From Mobula hypostoma (Eukaryota), in the NCBI RefSeq assembly GCF_963921235.1, contig NC_086097.1, positions 34,412,001 to 34,476,000 on the forward strand: a DNA stretch of 64,000 nt. The letters run 5' to 3'. Shown one piece after another: positions 37,856 through 49,330 of the stretch. Below the pieces are notes generated by a model. It worked only from the letters and a program-made list of their open reading frames with translations, ran no database searches and was not told the DNA's origin. The stretch's first letter is position 1. The number at the start of each line of letters is the position of its first letter. A program made the position numbers and the translations under genes.

Positions 37856-38735
37856 TGTTACATACCCCGTAACTGGGTTGCCAAACCAGCAGAAATGGAT
37901 CATTCAGTTGGAGTCTGGATTACTAGAACTAAGAAAGTTTTATTAAAGAAACAAGCAACACAGTACTCTAATCAAAAGGATAATAAATGCAACAGTTCAG
38001 CAATGATAAACACACATGTGCACAGAATTAAGATAACAGGATCAATCAAGCTCTATCATTGTCTAGGGGTAAATGACCAGTTTCAAAGTGACACAAAGTT
38101 CAGTTCAAGTTAGTTCAGTTCAGTTCGCAGTAATCGTTGCCGTGGCGATGGACAGTGGGGGGAAGGAGAGAGAGAGCAAAAACAAATGAATATTCAAAAC
38201 GGCTTCCACACAGACCTTCTCAGTCAGCTTTCGGGCGAGTCCTTTGTGATGTCATCTGAGGTCACCGACCGTGACCCCTCCGTTTCCAGATACGATCGTT
38301 TCCCTGCGTTGAACCTGGCACCCAGGCAAGGGTAGACACACACCATGTTCCCGCCGATCGTGCCTTTCCACCCTGAGCGTCTAAGGCTTGATCCCGCGAT
38401 CAGCCGTCCAAAAGCTTCCCACCGACTTGTGAGAGGCGCACCGCTTCCAGGGTCTCGTTACCACGGGTGTCGTGTGTGTCCTGCCTTAGTGAACCTGTCC
38501 CTTTTGATCCCCCTGCTGGGGTATCGCCTGTCCATCACTTCAAACAGTTCAGGGTTCAAAGGGGGAGCCGATCTTGACAGCTCTCCTTCCGTCCCTTCAT
38601 TACACATCTCCAAATGCTGCTGCATTGTTTTCCTTATCTCTCTCTCTCCTGAAGACAGGTGGCAGACCAACTGCTGATTCCACTGGTGCCAGCCCAAGAC
38701 AGCTAACATCTTTATTGATGTGTATTCTTGTCACA
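37856..38735 (-). mobile_element. Solo LTR (880 bp)
   Basis: TGTTACA...TGTCACA termini with 4-bp TSD TCCA (37852-37855, 38736-38739); AATAAA on the minus strand at about 37940; CpG-rich. Confidence 0.9.
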
Positions 38736-38744
38736 TCCATTTTG

Positions 38745-39098
38745 TGCCGTGTCGTATGACGTTGGCGATTGTGGTCGTTTCATGACCATTATTGTTTTTG
38801 GCAAATTCTTCTACAGAAGTGGTTTACCATTGGCTTCTTCTGGGCAGTGTCATTACGAGATGGGTGACCTCAGCCATTATCAATACTCTTCAGAGACCAT
38901 CTGTCTGGCGTCGTTGATCGCATAACCAGGACTTGTGATGTGCATCAGCTGCACATACGACCGTCCACCACCTGCTCCCATGACTTCACATGACCCTGAT
39001 CGGGGAGATAAGCTGGCCCAAGGGTGACCTGCAGACTAGCGGAAGGAAGGAGCGCCTTACATCTCCTTTGGTAGAGACGTATCTCCACCCCGCCACCC
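38745..39098 (-). mobile_element. SINE-like element with an RTE-type 3' tail
   Basis: Minus-strand tail GGTAAACCACTTCTGTAGAAGAATTTGCC..CGACACGGCAC resembles RTE/BovB-type 3' ends. Confidence 0.55.
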
Positions 39099-40439
39099 CC
39101 AAAAATATGTCCTTATTCTCAATTGTACTAAATTGCACCACTTAAACTTTGATTGCAAGTGTTTGAACAGTATCTCAAAGCGTTTGATCATACTTAATTA
39201 GCTCTTTTAACAGGTAATTAAAATATAATTTGCTGAGAATGTTTGGGCAATAAATTCAATCTTGGAAAATATTAAATGAACTTACTGATAGAGGGTGAGT
39301 AAAGGGGTTAATGATAACCTACTGCTCCACCAGCTCCATGAAGCACAAACTTAGCAGAATTTGCTCAATGATATGCAATCTATTGTGCCCTCTATAAAAT
39401 ATTTTCACATCATTAGAATTTTCAACTGCATCAGTGTAAACAATTCTCTACTGAATTCCCACCTACAGCTTGCCTGAACTGAACATATTTGCATATTACT
39501 GAATATTCGTTCATTTACGGCCCACTAGGAAAACATTAAAATTACATTTCAGCAGTCAGTGACAACTAATGGGGATTCCCTGCAAAAATAATAAGCTTGT
39601 GAACTACAGAAGTAATTAGGTTGTCTGCTGCAGATGACAGTTCACAGTAGCAACTGAGAGCAGGGCTGTGGTAATAAGCACAGGCGTATTGTCAAGCTAA
39701 ATTGTAATAATTTTAGATGTATATCAATAATAAACAAAAGGCAAGAGGAAAATAATTGTTTTCAAACACAGAGATCCCTTCATAACTAATAAGCAATTCC
39801 ACGTCTCTTTACCCTGCAGCTGACTTTGAATTGTGATTCTGCTTATCAACGTCAATAATGGAAGCCCACAAGTTTTACTCAAATAATTGTCATGGGGTCA
39901 AATCAAGCCAGCTGATTGCTGGATGTTCCATAGGGAACTACCTGCAAATACTTGGTCAAGGTTCAACATGAAGTAGACTTCTGCAGATGAACATTGAACT
40001 GGAAAAATCTAACGAAGTCCTGACGAAAGGTCTCAGCCCAAAATATCAACTATTTAGACGCTGCCTGACCTGCAGAGTTTCCCCAGAATTTTGTGTGTTG
40101 CAAGGGAAAAGTGATCTCCCATTAACTCCCATTGGCAGAGCACCAATTCTTTGTAGGTACATCTCACACCTGTTTCTCAACTTTCTGTTAGGAAGGGCAG
40201 GCACTAGAATATTGAACCAATTATTCAAATATGGTCATTATTCTTGTAAAATAAGGAAAATGTGGGTAAGTGTTTACTTCATTTCATCTTTGCTGTTTTT
40301 TTTTACATTTTCTAAATCATTTGAATCTATCTATGACATTCTAGGTCTTGTAAAAAGCTTTTGATAGCTGCTCAGATGTCAAGGGGCATCAGAGCTATCT
40401 GAAGATGAGGCCAGAAATGACCACCAGAACCCTACTCAC

Positions 40440-40630
40440 CATAACCTGGCACTGGGACAGAGAACGCGCTGGGAAACCTGTAGAAGTTCACTCTCTTCTG
40501 CTGGACTCCATGCCAAATGCAATCAAGGAGTTTCTCATGATCAGCTATACAGAAGGCTGGGACTTCTGCTTTGGTACAGGAACCCCAAACCTCTCTAATG
40601 TTATGGAGGTAACAAAACTGCATGTCATGC
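40440..40630 (-). CDS. Candidate internal exon of an unidentified host gene (191 nt)
   Basis: Acceptor ttgtgttaattccag|G, strong donor ATG|gtgagt, single open frame HDMQFCYLHNIREVWGSC..VNFYRFPSAFSVPVPGY; not a recognisable repeat. Confidence 0.4.
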
Positions 40631-41379
40631 CTGGAATTAACACAAGGGCCATGCACTGAATGTACTAGGCCATCACATAAGACAAACGAAACTTCGGACT
40701 GAATTTCCACAGGAAGTTTGTGTCTTGATTCCATCTATCATCATAACTTTCACTCAGTTATTATTAATGAGAGCCATTGACCTCATTTGAAACATAGCCC
40801 AGCATGTGCAATTGCCTATTTCGTAGTAATTTTTTATCTTTTTAAGGGTCATTTTTAAAAGTTCACTGTGAGCATAAGCTTTTACTGAAATGGTCTAACA
40901 TTTAATCAGAAAGGTTTTGTTAGCATAACCTTACAGTGTGACCTTTGAACAGAACTGCAATGAAAATTTAAGATAATTGAGAGGGAGGTCAGATAGGAAA
41001 TGAGTTAAAAGAGCAGAGCTTGTAACACTGCTTGGAAGAGAGGTAGAGGAGAAATCCCCATTATATTAAATAGGTGCCCAGTTCTGAATTTAAAGATTAG
41101 ATTTATTTATCACATGTACATCAAAACATACAGCGAAATGCGTCATTTACATCAAATCAAATCGGGGATGATCTTGCTGGGCAGCCCACAAGCATCACCA
41201 TTGTAATGTAATGGTTGACAGATGATAATAGAAACGTTTCTACGTAAATCACAAGCACCATTATTGAGCTGTGTTCACTTTAAGAGACAGTGTCTGATGT
41301 CAGTGTAATGCGACCGTTTTCAGGTTGTTTGTAATGGAAGTAAGGGGATTTGTCAAACACATAAAATGACTCTTGCATG

Positions 41380-41590
41380 TTTTATTAACTAAATCCTACA
41401 CCATGGTGCCCTGGGTGCCAACAAGGCATGCCCACATCTCCCTAACCATATACCTTTGGAATGTGGGAGGAAACCGGAGCACCCAGAGGAAACCCACACA
41501 GTTACAGGGAGAACGTACAAACTCCTTACCGACAGCAGCAGGAATTGAACTCCAATCATATACCAGCGTGGCACTAACCGTGCTGCTTGA
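41380..41590 (-). mobile_element. V-domain SINE
   Basis: GTGGGAGGAAACCGGAGCACCCAGAGGAAACCCAC (reverse V-domain). Confidence 0.8.
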
Positions 41591-41974
41591 AGGGACGTGA
41601 CTTGCAAGGCTGTAAGATCAGCTGCTAGAACAAGAGAGCTTAAATACCAGCACACACATGATGGATTGCATGGCAGACAACCTTTGTTGGGCATTTGATT
41701 CTAAGTTGTGCTAATTGGACAAAACTACAGTGAGGACCTTCTAAATGCAAAAAAACTAGAATGAAGCTTTTATATTTGAGGAACTGCAAGACTGTTCATC
41801 AACATGAAGTTTATTTACTTTCTTTATTCATTTCAAGTTCAAGTTTATTGTCATCTGATTGTACATATATACAACCAAATGAAACGATGTTCCTCCAGAC
41901 AATGGTATCACACACAATGCATAAACCAAAATATTACAATAAATAAATTAATAAAATATAATTCAAAATGTATG

Positions 41975-42019
41975 CAACACACATCAAAGTTGCTGGTGAA
42001 CGCAGCAGGCCAGGCAGCA
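41975..42019 (-). mobile_element. 45-bp Penelope-like tail insertion
   Basis: Matches the reverse complement of the 17501-17546 region; 12-bp TSD TCAAAATGTATG at 41963-41974 and 42020-42031. Confidence 0.85.
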
Positions 42020-42071
42020 TCAAAATGTATGTAGTGCACAGCACGGGTAAACAGTAAACAGTATACAGTAA

Positions 42072-42740
42072 AGGAGGAGGAGAAGATGGCGGCGCAACGC
42101 AGCACGTGTGATGAATATCTGTTATCTGTCAAGTAGGAGGCCGAGCACAATTCTGATTTGATGGAGACAGACGTGAGAGCACGGAGAAACATCTGGTGAA
42201 ACTTCTGAAATGCCTGCTTCGCTGCCACTGCTACTGTGTGATCCGAAATCTCTGGAAGGGAAGGCCCCGAGTCCTCGGCTTTGCCTGTTGCTTGGAGGCC
42301 GGGGTCAAAGCACTCAGCAGAGATGGTGCTCGGCGCTCGGTGTCGGAGGGCTGGTCGGAGGCTCGAAGTTTTCGGACGGACTCAGAGTCGGACTGTGGTC
42401 GGGTGCTTCCAGGATGCTGCATCGGCAAGTTTGCGGCGCTGGAAGCTCATGGCAGGGAGAGTTTCTCCCTTCTACCGAGGCATGAGATGATGGGCTATCG
42501 GGATTTTGAGACTTTTTTTTACCGTGCCCATGGTCTGCTCTTACCAAATTACGGTATTGCTTTGCACTGTTGTAACTATATGTTATAATTAGATGGTTTT
42601 TGTCAGTTTTCGTCTTGGTCTGTCTTGTGTTTCTGTGATATCATACTGGAGGAACATTGTATCGTTTCTTAATGCATGCATTTCTAAATGACAGTAAACG
42701 AGGACTGAGTGTCCTCATAATCTAATCTAATCTAATCTAA
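42072..42740 (+). mobile_element. Non-autonomous non-LTR element (~670 bp), family X copy 1
   Basis: Starts GGAGAAGATGGCGGCG, ends with hairpin GAGGAC-TGAGT-GTCCTC plus (TAATC)n; colinear with 55710-56395. Confidence 0.8.
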
Positions 42741-43698
42741 ACAGCTCGCTATCCTAGTGACGAGATCTCATTAGTTTAACAGCCTGAGGGAGGAAGCTGT
42801 GACCCAGTCTGGCAGTCCTATTCTTGATACTTCTGTACCTCCTTCCTGATGGCAGGGGTCAAAGAGATTCTGGGATGGGTGGTAGGAGTCCTCAGCAATG
42901 CCTCGGGCATTTCGTCTGTAATGTTTCCTGTTAATGTCACAAACAGGGGAGAGGGAGATCCCGGCAATCCTCTTGACAGTTTTTAAACTATCCTCTGTAG
43001 GGTCTTGAAGCTTCCTTACCACACAACAATGCAACCGGACAGGACACTATTGATGGAGCTCCTCAGAAAGTGCCGATGTGGCTGAGTCTTCTTGAACAGT
43101 GAGATAGTGTTATGGGTCCAGTTTAGATTATTCATTATGTGCACACCAAGGAACTTTGTGCTGTCAACTCTCTCCACAGCAGAGCCATTGATGTGCAAGG
43201 GAGAATGGTTGACCCGTGCCTTCCTGAAGTCCACAATCAACTGTTTTGTCTCGCCCACGTTGAGACTGGGATTGTTGTTCTTGCACAATTTGACAAGCCT
43301 CTCTACCTCCTCTCTGTATTTGACTCATCATCGCTGCCGATGAGGCCAGCCACTGTAGTACCATCAGCAAACTTGATGATGCAGTTTAAGCTGGATCTAG
43401 CAGTGCGGTCAGGTGGCAATGAATACACAGAGGGGCTGGTGTTTGCTCCCCATCTGTAATTGCCATTATAATACCACAGAGTCATAGAGACTTCCTGCAT
43501 TGAAACAGGCCCTTCAGCCCATCGTGTATATGGTGTAAGCTGGTATCATACCAATGGTAGTATCATGGTAGGCTACCTTCTTTCACTGCTCCACTTGTGA
43601 AGTATTACTGCAGCCAAGAGGGATATTTCAGGATTTTCACCCAGCATTAACAAAACAGTAACAATATTTTCCAAGTCAAAAACACAAGAGATTCTGCG

Positions 43699-43915
43699 AT
43701 TAGATTAGATTAGATTATGAGGACACACAGTCCTTGTTAATTGTCATTTAGAAATGCATGTATTAACAAATGATACAATGTTTCTCCAGTATGATATCAC
43801 AGAAACACAGGACAGACCAAGACTGAAACTGACAAAAACCACATAATTATAACATATAGTTACAACAGTGCAAAGCAATACCATAATGTGATAAAGAGCA
43901 GACCATGGGCACGGT
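43699..43915 (-). mobile_element. Family X element, 5'-truncated copy
   Basis: Reverse complement of about 42520-42740, including the (GATTA)n tail. Confidence 0.85.
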
Positions 43916-44281
43916 TTCTGGTATATCCAGTACTGCCTCCTCTACATAGGTGAGACCTGATTTATTGGGGCACTGTTTTGTTGAGCACCCTGGCTCCATC
44001 CATTACAACAGGTGGGATTTCCCAGTGGCCACCTATTTTAATTCTACTTCCCATTCCCATACCGACATGTGGGTCCTGTGGCCTCCTCTACTGCCACGAT
44101 GAGGCCAAATTCAGGTTAGAGGAGGAACACCTCACATTCTGTCTAGGTAGTATTCAACTTCACAGCATGAACATTGGTTTCTCTGACTTCCCATAATTAT
44201 TCGCCGCTTCTTTGTTTTTTTTTTCATTCTGGCTCTGCTATTACCCCTTCTCCTCTCCTCACCTGACCATCATCTCTTTCT

Positions 44282-44446
44282 CTTACGGTCTCTTACTATC
44301 TCTTCTTTCAGTTAGTCCTGACGAAGGGTCTCAGCCTGAAACGTCGACTATATTTCTTCCTATAGATGCTGCTTGGCCTGCTGCGTTCACCAGCATTTTT
44401 TGTGTGTTGCTTGAATTTCCAGCATCTGCAGATTTCCTCGTGTTTG
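44282..44446 (+). mobile_element. 165-bp hammerhead-bearing PLE terminal unit inserted into the older PLE
   Basis: 14-bp TSD CATCATCTCTTTCT at 44268-44281 and 44447-44460. Confidence 0.85.
44313..44350 (+). ncRNA. Minimal type I hammerhead ribozyme motif
   Basis: TAGTC-CTGACGA-AGGGTCTCAGCCT-GAAAC-GTC-GACTA with a 5-bp stem I. Confidence 0.8.
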
Positions 44447-44949
44447 CATCATCTCTTTCTGGTGCCCCTCCTTCTTCCCTTTCTCCCTCGGTCCCCTCTC
44501 CTCTCCTATCAGATTCCTTCTTCTTCAATCCTTTACTTTCCCACCTATCACTTCACAGCCTCTCACTTCATCCCCCCTCCCCCACCCACCCACCTTCCCT
44601 TTCACTCCTTCCCCCGTTCCCCGCCCACCTTCCTTTTCACTTACTCCCCCCTCTCTCCCAGCCACCCACCTTGCAGTTTATTTGGTCACATCTATCTACT
44701 GCCAACTTGTACTCCTTCCCCTCCTCCCCACAACCACCACCTTGTTATTCTAGCTTCTCCCTCCACCCCCTTCTTTTCTAGTCCTGATGAAGACTCTCGG
44801 TCTGAAATGTCAACAGTTTATTCTCCTCCGTCGATGCTGCCTGACCTGCTGAGTTCCTGCAGTGTTTTGTGTGTATTGATCTTCCAAGTTACGAATGTGA
44901 GTGGGCTGGGAGTTCTTCAGAGTGGTGGGTCTCTTATATGCTAGCAGCT

Positions 44950-46750
44950 CTTGGTGGTGCATTCTTTTAGACTTACTGAAGCGTTGGCAAGTTACTACAG
45001 TGCTTCTGGTGGGGGTTACACAGAGCAGCCATGAACCAGCAGAGGACGAAGGAGCAAATGTTTAAGCAGAAGGTGGCTGGCAGTGGAGATTGGTTTGTTT
45101 TCTGATTTCCTTCAGCATTATTGAAGCTGCACTCATCCAGCAAAGCAGAGGATGATCCAGCACTCTCATGACTGGTGGGTTGCCCCTTCCCTGGAAATGT
45201 ACAACCTCTAACCTGCACCTGGATCCAGTCGTTATGGCCGCTGCAGTTAAGTTTCTAACCGAGGAGACGACCCCAAACCAAGATGTTGATGGTGGGAAAC
45301 TTGATGATCATATTGACTGCCAAGCAGAGATGGTTGGGCACTCTCTTGCTAGATATTGTGACTGCCTGGGATGTGTTTGTCACAAGTATTACTGCTCACT
45401 AATCCGCCTGAGACCTCATATTGTCTCGGTCAAGATGCCTGCAGGCATGGGATTCTTCCTTATATTTGTAGTTGGAAATGGACTGGAATACTGTTCAATT
45501 GTAATATCTCAGTAAATATCCAATTTCCAAATACTCATGACAGATTGTTCATTGATCCAAACTAAAATAAAGGGTGGTACAGTGTTGCAGTTATTAGAGC
45601 TGCTGCCTCACAGAGATGCTGGTTCAATCCCAATCTTCGCTGCTGTTCTGCACAGAGTTTCTCGTTCTTCTTGTGTCAGCAGGGATTTCCTCTGGGTGCT
45701 CTGATACGTCCCAAAAGATATGAGGGATGGTCGATTGATTAGCAACTGTGCATAGGTAGAATATGGGGGGGGGGGGGGTTGATAAAAATGTCAGGATAAT
45801 TTAAAAAATGTGATTAAAGTAGAATCAGCGTAAATAAGTGGTTGATGGTCAGCAAAAGTTTGTTGGGCCTAATGCCCTATTTCCATGCTGTATGAAGCTA
45901 TGACTATCAAATGTTTTATATAGGTATTTGTTCTGAATGACACATACAGTGTATGTTGAGATAATGAACATCCAACCACCACAGCAATGTTCTTTGTGTT
46001 TGATATGACTTCAAACAGGAGAGAGTTTCCTTTGTATTACCCATTCTCTTCATTGTAGCCCAGGCTCTTCGTGCAGATCTGCTGCTGAAGGCTTCACTCA
46101 CCTTTTACCACCGGGATTCAGCTCTATTGCCTACATTTAGACCACAAGTTTAAGGTGGCTGAGAGTTGAGGAAGTTTGGAAAAAGTCAAGGTGAACTTTG
46201 ATTGGTAACCGTCACGTGATAATATTCTGGATAACACTTCCCTTCACTTTGTTAATGATTGAGAAATAACTGACATCAAGGACGATTGGGAGCCATGCCT
46301 TTGGTGGGCCGGTCTTGCCTTGATAAGTTTCACTTTGTTTGGATGCTGCTGGATTTGTTGCTTTGTTGGAGCAGCCTGGCTAAACCAGCTGGTGGTTGCG
46401 GAGCGCCAGTCTCCAGCACCACAGTTAGGATGTCCCCAGACCCTTGACAGGTCATAGCTTTTGAAGTATCCAATACTTCTGCCATTTTCTTGATATCATG
46501 AAAAGTGAATTGGATTGGTTGAAGACTGCCTTTAGAGATGGTGAGGGTCTCAGGCCAATCCAAGTTCAATCATTCACTTGGAGCTTCAAACTCAGTAGAC
46601 AGTAGTCCAGCATTTTCTTTTGGATTCACAAGTTGTGATCTCCCATCACCAAGGATGGGGGTGACGGTGGAGAACCTTTTCTCATTACCTGTAATCATAT
46701 ACAGGTGTACGTAGTTGTGGTAGAATAGCAGAGCTCCAACCTACTGGTTG
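44950..46750 (-). mobile_element. Ancient degraded LINE (CR1/L2 group), interrupted by a V-SINE
   Basis: SLQPIQFTFHDIKKMAEVLDTSKAM..VVLETGAP..LARLLQQS and MGNTKETLSCLKSYQTQR resemble the LINE RT N-terminus and core. Confidence 0.65.
45572..45905 (+). mobile_element. V-domain SINE
   Basis: GCTGCTGCCTCACAG..GGTTCAATCC head, degenerate V-domain, CR1-like tail. Confidence 0.75.
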
Positions 46751-47763
46751 TGAAATTGCAGAGGTTAGACTGCTGAATGCATTATTTTGCCTTTGGCTAA
46801 GGCTCACAACGCGGTTTATTTTTCTTGTTATTTTGTTATACAAATGTTGTGTAAAGTCACTTCAACCACTTTGAATAAGTTTAGCAGTCTCATATAGTGC
46901 AGGCCATTAAGTACATCAACTTTCCTTCCCAGAAGGATATTTTTGAACCAAATGGGGTTGTTAGTTTCACGATCACCATAATGATATTTTCCATTACTTG
47001 TTTTTTTAAGTAAGTGAATTTAATCTCCCCCACTGCTCTCTGGGGCTTTAAATGATGTCTCCTGATCATTAGGCTTGGTCTCAGGTTATTAGACTAATAA
47101 TGTAGCTTTTTTTAAACTGCTTTGTTCTTATTTTTACGGGATGATTTGACCCACAAGATAATATATGCAGGAAACTGAGCTGAACCCAAGCATCATTCAT
47201 GCAACATTGAGGTGGAAGTGCAGACGGTTTATTCAATTACTGTTACAGTATTTAACTAATTCCCATTACATTTGTGACAAAGTATGACTGCACATTTTTC
47301 CACACAGACAGAGCTCTGCTTTGCTCTAATCATACTCTCATCAGGTTAGTCACGTGGTAGGTGGATGACTACAGCAGAAAACAATAATGTCCTTGAAAAA
47401 TGAACACCTCAGACATTGTCAAAGTGTATTTGTTCTTTGCTTTATGCCTAGTAGTTGTGATTTCTTTCCCACTAAAATGGAAAGTGGGGGTAGGGGGCAG
47501 TGCAGCCGGACGGGAAGCAGAGAGAAGGATGGAAGCAAAGGGAGAAAGGGAGGGAGGGAGGAGTGTCAACCTGTATTTTCACTGCATGTCTCCACTTTCC
47601 TCCCACCCCTCACTTCCCACCCAGACAGCCTTGAAAGGTGGTAATTAGATCACATGAGGCTTGGAAGGTAAACTCTTCTCCTGTGCTCTGCCCCAAGAGG
47701 TGGTTTATTAAGTGTGCTGTTTATTGAACAGTAAGCCTGATCACTAAATAAGGTTCCACTTAC

Positions 47764-48006
47764 AAAGGGGCTTCCAAATCTTAATTGCAAATAGGTCCCT
47801 CACGCCTAAGGCAAGCGAGCTGCCACATAACTGCGGCTGCCCATGGAATTGTTGCTTCACATGGTCACTGCCGAGGTGTTCGATTAGTCGGTTACATACG
47901 TACATTATGTGAGCGACTATCTGATCCGGAGATAAAGTCACAAATTCTCCAAGGTTTATCTGAGGCCACAGAGTCATTGGAAGGAGGCCCTTTGGCACAA
48001 TTCTAG
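47764..48006. CDS. Candidate host coding exon, strand unresolved
   Basis: CpG-retaining non-repeat block. Plus: ag|47795-48006 ..RLVGYIRTLCERLSDPEIKSQILQGLSEATESLEGGPLAQF* with AATAAA at 48053. Minus: cag|47959-47764|gtaagt INLGEFVTLSPDQIVAHIMYVCNRLIEHL.. Confidence 0.4.
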
Positions 48007-48034
48007 GAATTAAAACTTAAACTCCAGGCATTGA

Positions 48035-48807
48035 TGTAAGAAACTCAGGGGAAATAAAATCCAGTGGAGCAGGATGTAACACGTTTGCATTTTCTTCCTT
48101 CATGTGTCAGTCGGTGATGTAGAAGCAAGATTAATGCAAAGGTATAAAAATTATCTGCGCTGTTGCCAAGTAAGGGGAAGTGGGTGGACCAGCGTTGGAG
48201 TCTGGGCTCGAGTTAGAGTCAGCAGGTCATGTGACCAACAAACCAGAGTTAAGGACAGAATAGGGTCGTGGGAGAAAATAAATCAGCCCATCATGGGATG
48301 GTGGAGCACACCCAATGGGCCAAATGGCCTAATTCTGCCCCTATGTCTTATCTGATTTAAATAACTCTCTGAATTTATGCTGTCATGAGAATAGCTGGAC
48401 ATAAGTCTAATTGGACAGCTTTCTAAACTATCTAATGTAACCACGAGCCTACTGCAGCCATAGTTTCAAGTTAAAGTTGAACATTGAACGAGCTGGCCCA
48501 CATGATATAACCATGGAGCAGAGTTGGATATGACCGCAGTTCATCCGACAGAGGGACATGAAAGCACAGTCTGTTCAATTACACACAATCAACTGATTCT
48601 CTTTGAGGACCCACTATGCTTGTGGCAATAACATTGGTGTTTACATTGCTCCACTTCAACCCAGCTTATTCACACTGTAGGAAACTCAGGGGAAATAAAA
48701 TCCAAAAGAGTTGGAGGTAACATCTTTGCTTTTTCTTTCTTCATATATTGGTTGGTGATGTAGAAGCAAGATTAATACAAAAGGTATAAAAATTATCTGC
48801 TCTATTG
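48035..48807 (+). repeat. Diverged local direct duplication of ~131 bp (48035-48165 and 48676-48807)
   Basis: Shared GAAACTCAGGGGAAATAAAATCCA and GGTGATGTAGAAGCAAGATTAAT..GGTATAAAAATTATCTGC. Confidence 0.9.
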
Positions 48808-49139
48808 TGTGAACCAACAGTTGTCCTGGAACTTTGGATCCCTCTGTCCCTAAATTCCTTCTCCCATTGGAAAGAAGGAAGAAGTGAAAGAGGTGGATGG
48901 GAAACTCGTGCAGGACATGGCCCGCCTGTCTTTTCTTCTCGCTCTGCTATCTTATCATGTGGGGCCAGTGGAAAGGTACAAAATCCTCAGGCTGAGGATG
49001 ATAGAGAATGGAAACAGACCCTTTGGTCCATCATATCTGTGCTGACCATCAAGCACCTGTTCTATTTTTCCTTTCACATCCCCATCTCTCAAACCTCTTC
49101 CATAATTCTCCCACCACCTGCCTACACTTCCAGCAATTT

Positions 49140-49330
49140 AAGAAACTAACCAGCTATCAAATCTACGCACAGCACGTGGGAGCGCACAGGGGAAGCACAC
49201 AAGGTCACAGGGAGATTGTGCAAACTCCACTCGGGCAGCACCCAAGGTCGGGATTGAACCAAGAGGTCCAATCTTACAGCAGCAAGGTCTCTGGAGGTTT
49301 GAGGTAGTATCTCTAACCACTGCACCACTT
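49140..49330 (-). mobile_element. V-domain SINE, degraded
   Basis: TGCAAACTCCAC..GGGATTGAACC (reverse V-domain and B-box). Confidence 0.6.

Larger units (their letters stand above)
41830..43400 (-). mobile_element. Rex1/Babar-type LINE (RT to 3' end) with nested inserts
   Basis: IIKFADGTTVAGLI, LNVGETKQLIVDFRK..VERVDSTKFLGVHI; tail (TTCAAG)n at about 41833. Confidence 0.85.
43916..44890 (+). mobile_element. Penelope-like element: GIY-YIG remnant and terminal repeat
   Basis: LLYIGET motif near 43935; GLLYCHDEAKFRLEEEHLTFCLGSIQLHSMNI; hammerhead remnant at 44780-44811. Confidence 0.85.

Noticed and set aside
46102..46130. Apparent 29-nt minus-strand exon (tag|GCAATAGAGCTGAATCCCGGTGGTAAAAG|gtgagt, AIELNPGGK, TPR-like)
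   Set aside because: It lies within a decayed LINE RT region and corresponds to the ELNSRGEVRV-like segment of that element; exonisation cannot be excluded but is unsupported
48035..48165. H/ACA or C/D snoRNA, or SECIS, reading of the duplicated element
   Set aside because: No second hairpin or H box, no shared C and D boxes, and SECIS helix II does not pair consistently in both copies
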